Shown: one piece after another, positions 63,803 to 64,000 of the stretch
How positions within the stretch are numbered: the stretch's first letter is position 1
Layout: every line of letters begins with the position of its first letter
Origin: Acidobacteria bacterium SCN 69-37
GTDB lineage: Bacteria > Acidobacteriota > Vicinamibacteria > Vicinamibacterales > SCN-69-37
Direction of reading: 5' to 3'
Assembly (NCBI GenBank): GCA_001724025.1
Contig: MEDJ01000019.1
Location: 286,359-350,358 of the forward strand
DNA: 64,000 bases
Made by a program: the position numbers and the translations under genes
Notes under the pieces: model-generated
The model's input: the letters and a program-made list of their open reading frames with translations, nothing else
What the model was told of the DNA's origin: nothing
The model's database searches: none

Positions 63803-64000
63803 TGGCGACACTCGTCAGGAAGCGGTGGACGGCCTCGTTCGAGGGGATGAGCCGACGCGATCGGCAGGGTTGCAACTACGACGCGCATGTCCCGGATCCG
63901 CTCGCGGGGTGGGACCTGTTGCTGCCCGCCGGCCTGGCGGCCGACGTCGCCGATGCCGAAGCCGCCATTCGCCGGCTCAACGAATCGGGTGCCCCGACTC
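63802..64000 (+). CDS. Fic-family protein, N-terminal fragment; 3' end lies outside the window
   Basis: MATLVRKRWTASFEGMSRRDRQGCNYDAHVPDPLAGWDLLLPAGLAADVADAEAAIRRLN resembles the N-terminal region of actinobacterial/soil-type Fic proteins. The Fic motif itself lies beyond the window. Confidence 0.55.
   Translation, partial: MATLVRKRWTASFEGMSRRDRQGCNYDAHVPDPLAGWDLLLPAGLAADVADAEAAIRRLNESGAPT

Overview
Very GC-rich bacterial chromosomal window. The gene content points to Acidobacteriota: four VWA paralogues of the acidobacterial VWFA-related type, two PadR plus ADOP-permease-prefix modules, and a TonB-dependent receptor with an N-terminal carboxypeptidase-regulatory-like domain. I can support about 60 protein genes. 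I saw no rRNA, tRNA, CRISPR array, transposase or integrase. Many long ORFs in the six-frame track are antisense or alternate-frame artefacts of the high GC content.

Housekeeping genes:
- typA
- the F0 half of the ATP synthase operon (atpZ-like, atpI-like, atpB, atpE, atpF)
- a cobA/hemD fusion
- proS
- an ABC-F ATPase
- NAD-type isocitrate dehydrogenase
- proline dehydrogenase
- cca and trmL

Accessory content:
- a MacAB/TolC-like efflux operon, divergent from a CpxRA-like two-component system
- an MFS transporter / NanA-like lyase / BNR sialidase module
- a PHP-nuclease + UvrD helicase fusion
- a Uma2 nuclease, a COG1373 ATPase and the start of a Fic protein

The most unusual signals are non-genic:
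1. A gene-free gap of about 1 kb (19.5-20.5 kb). It holds a candidate small RNA bounded by a terminator, and a 15-unit degenerate 22-bp tandem lattice that ends at the promoter of a deaminase gene.
2. A dispersed REP/BIME-like hairpin family, including a roughly 450-bp tandem array at 1.2-1.7 kb.
3. Two decayed PadR-permease modules. Each is truncated where a probable inserted gene begins.
4. Recurrent TGCTAnAnT-type -10 elements lying 6-9 nt from start codons, which suggests leaderless mRNAs.

I did not find a complete, clearly novel multi-gene system. Candidates are flagged with moderate scores and explicit tests.
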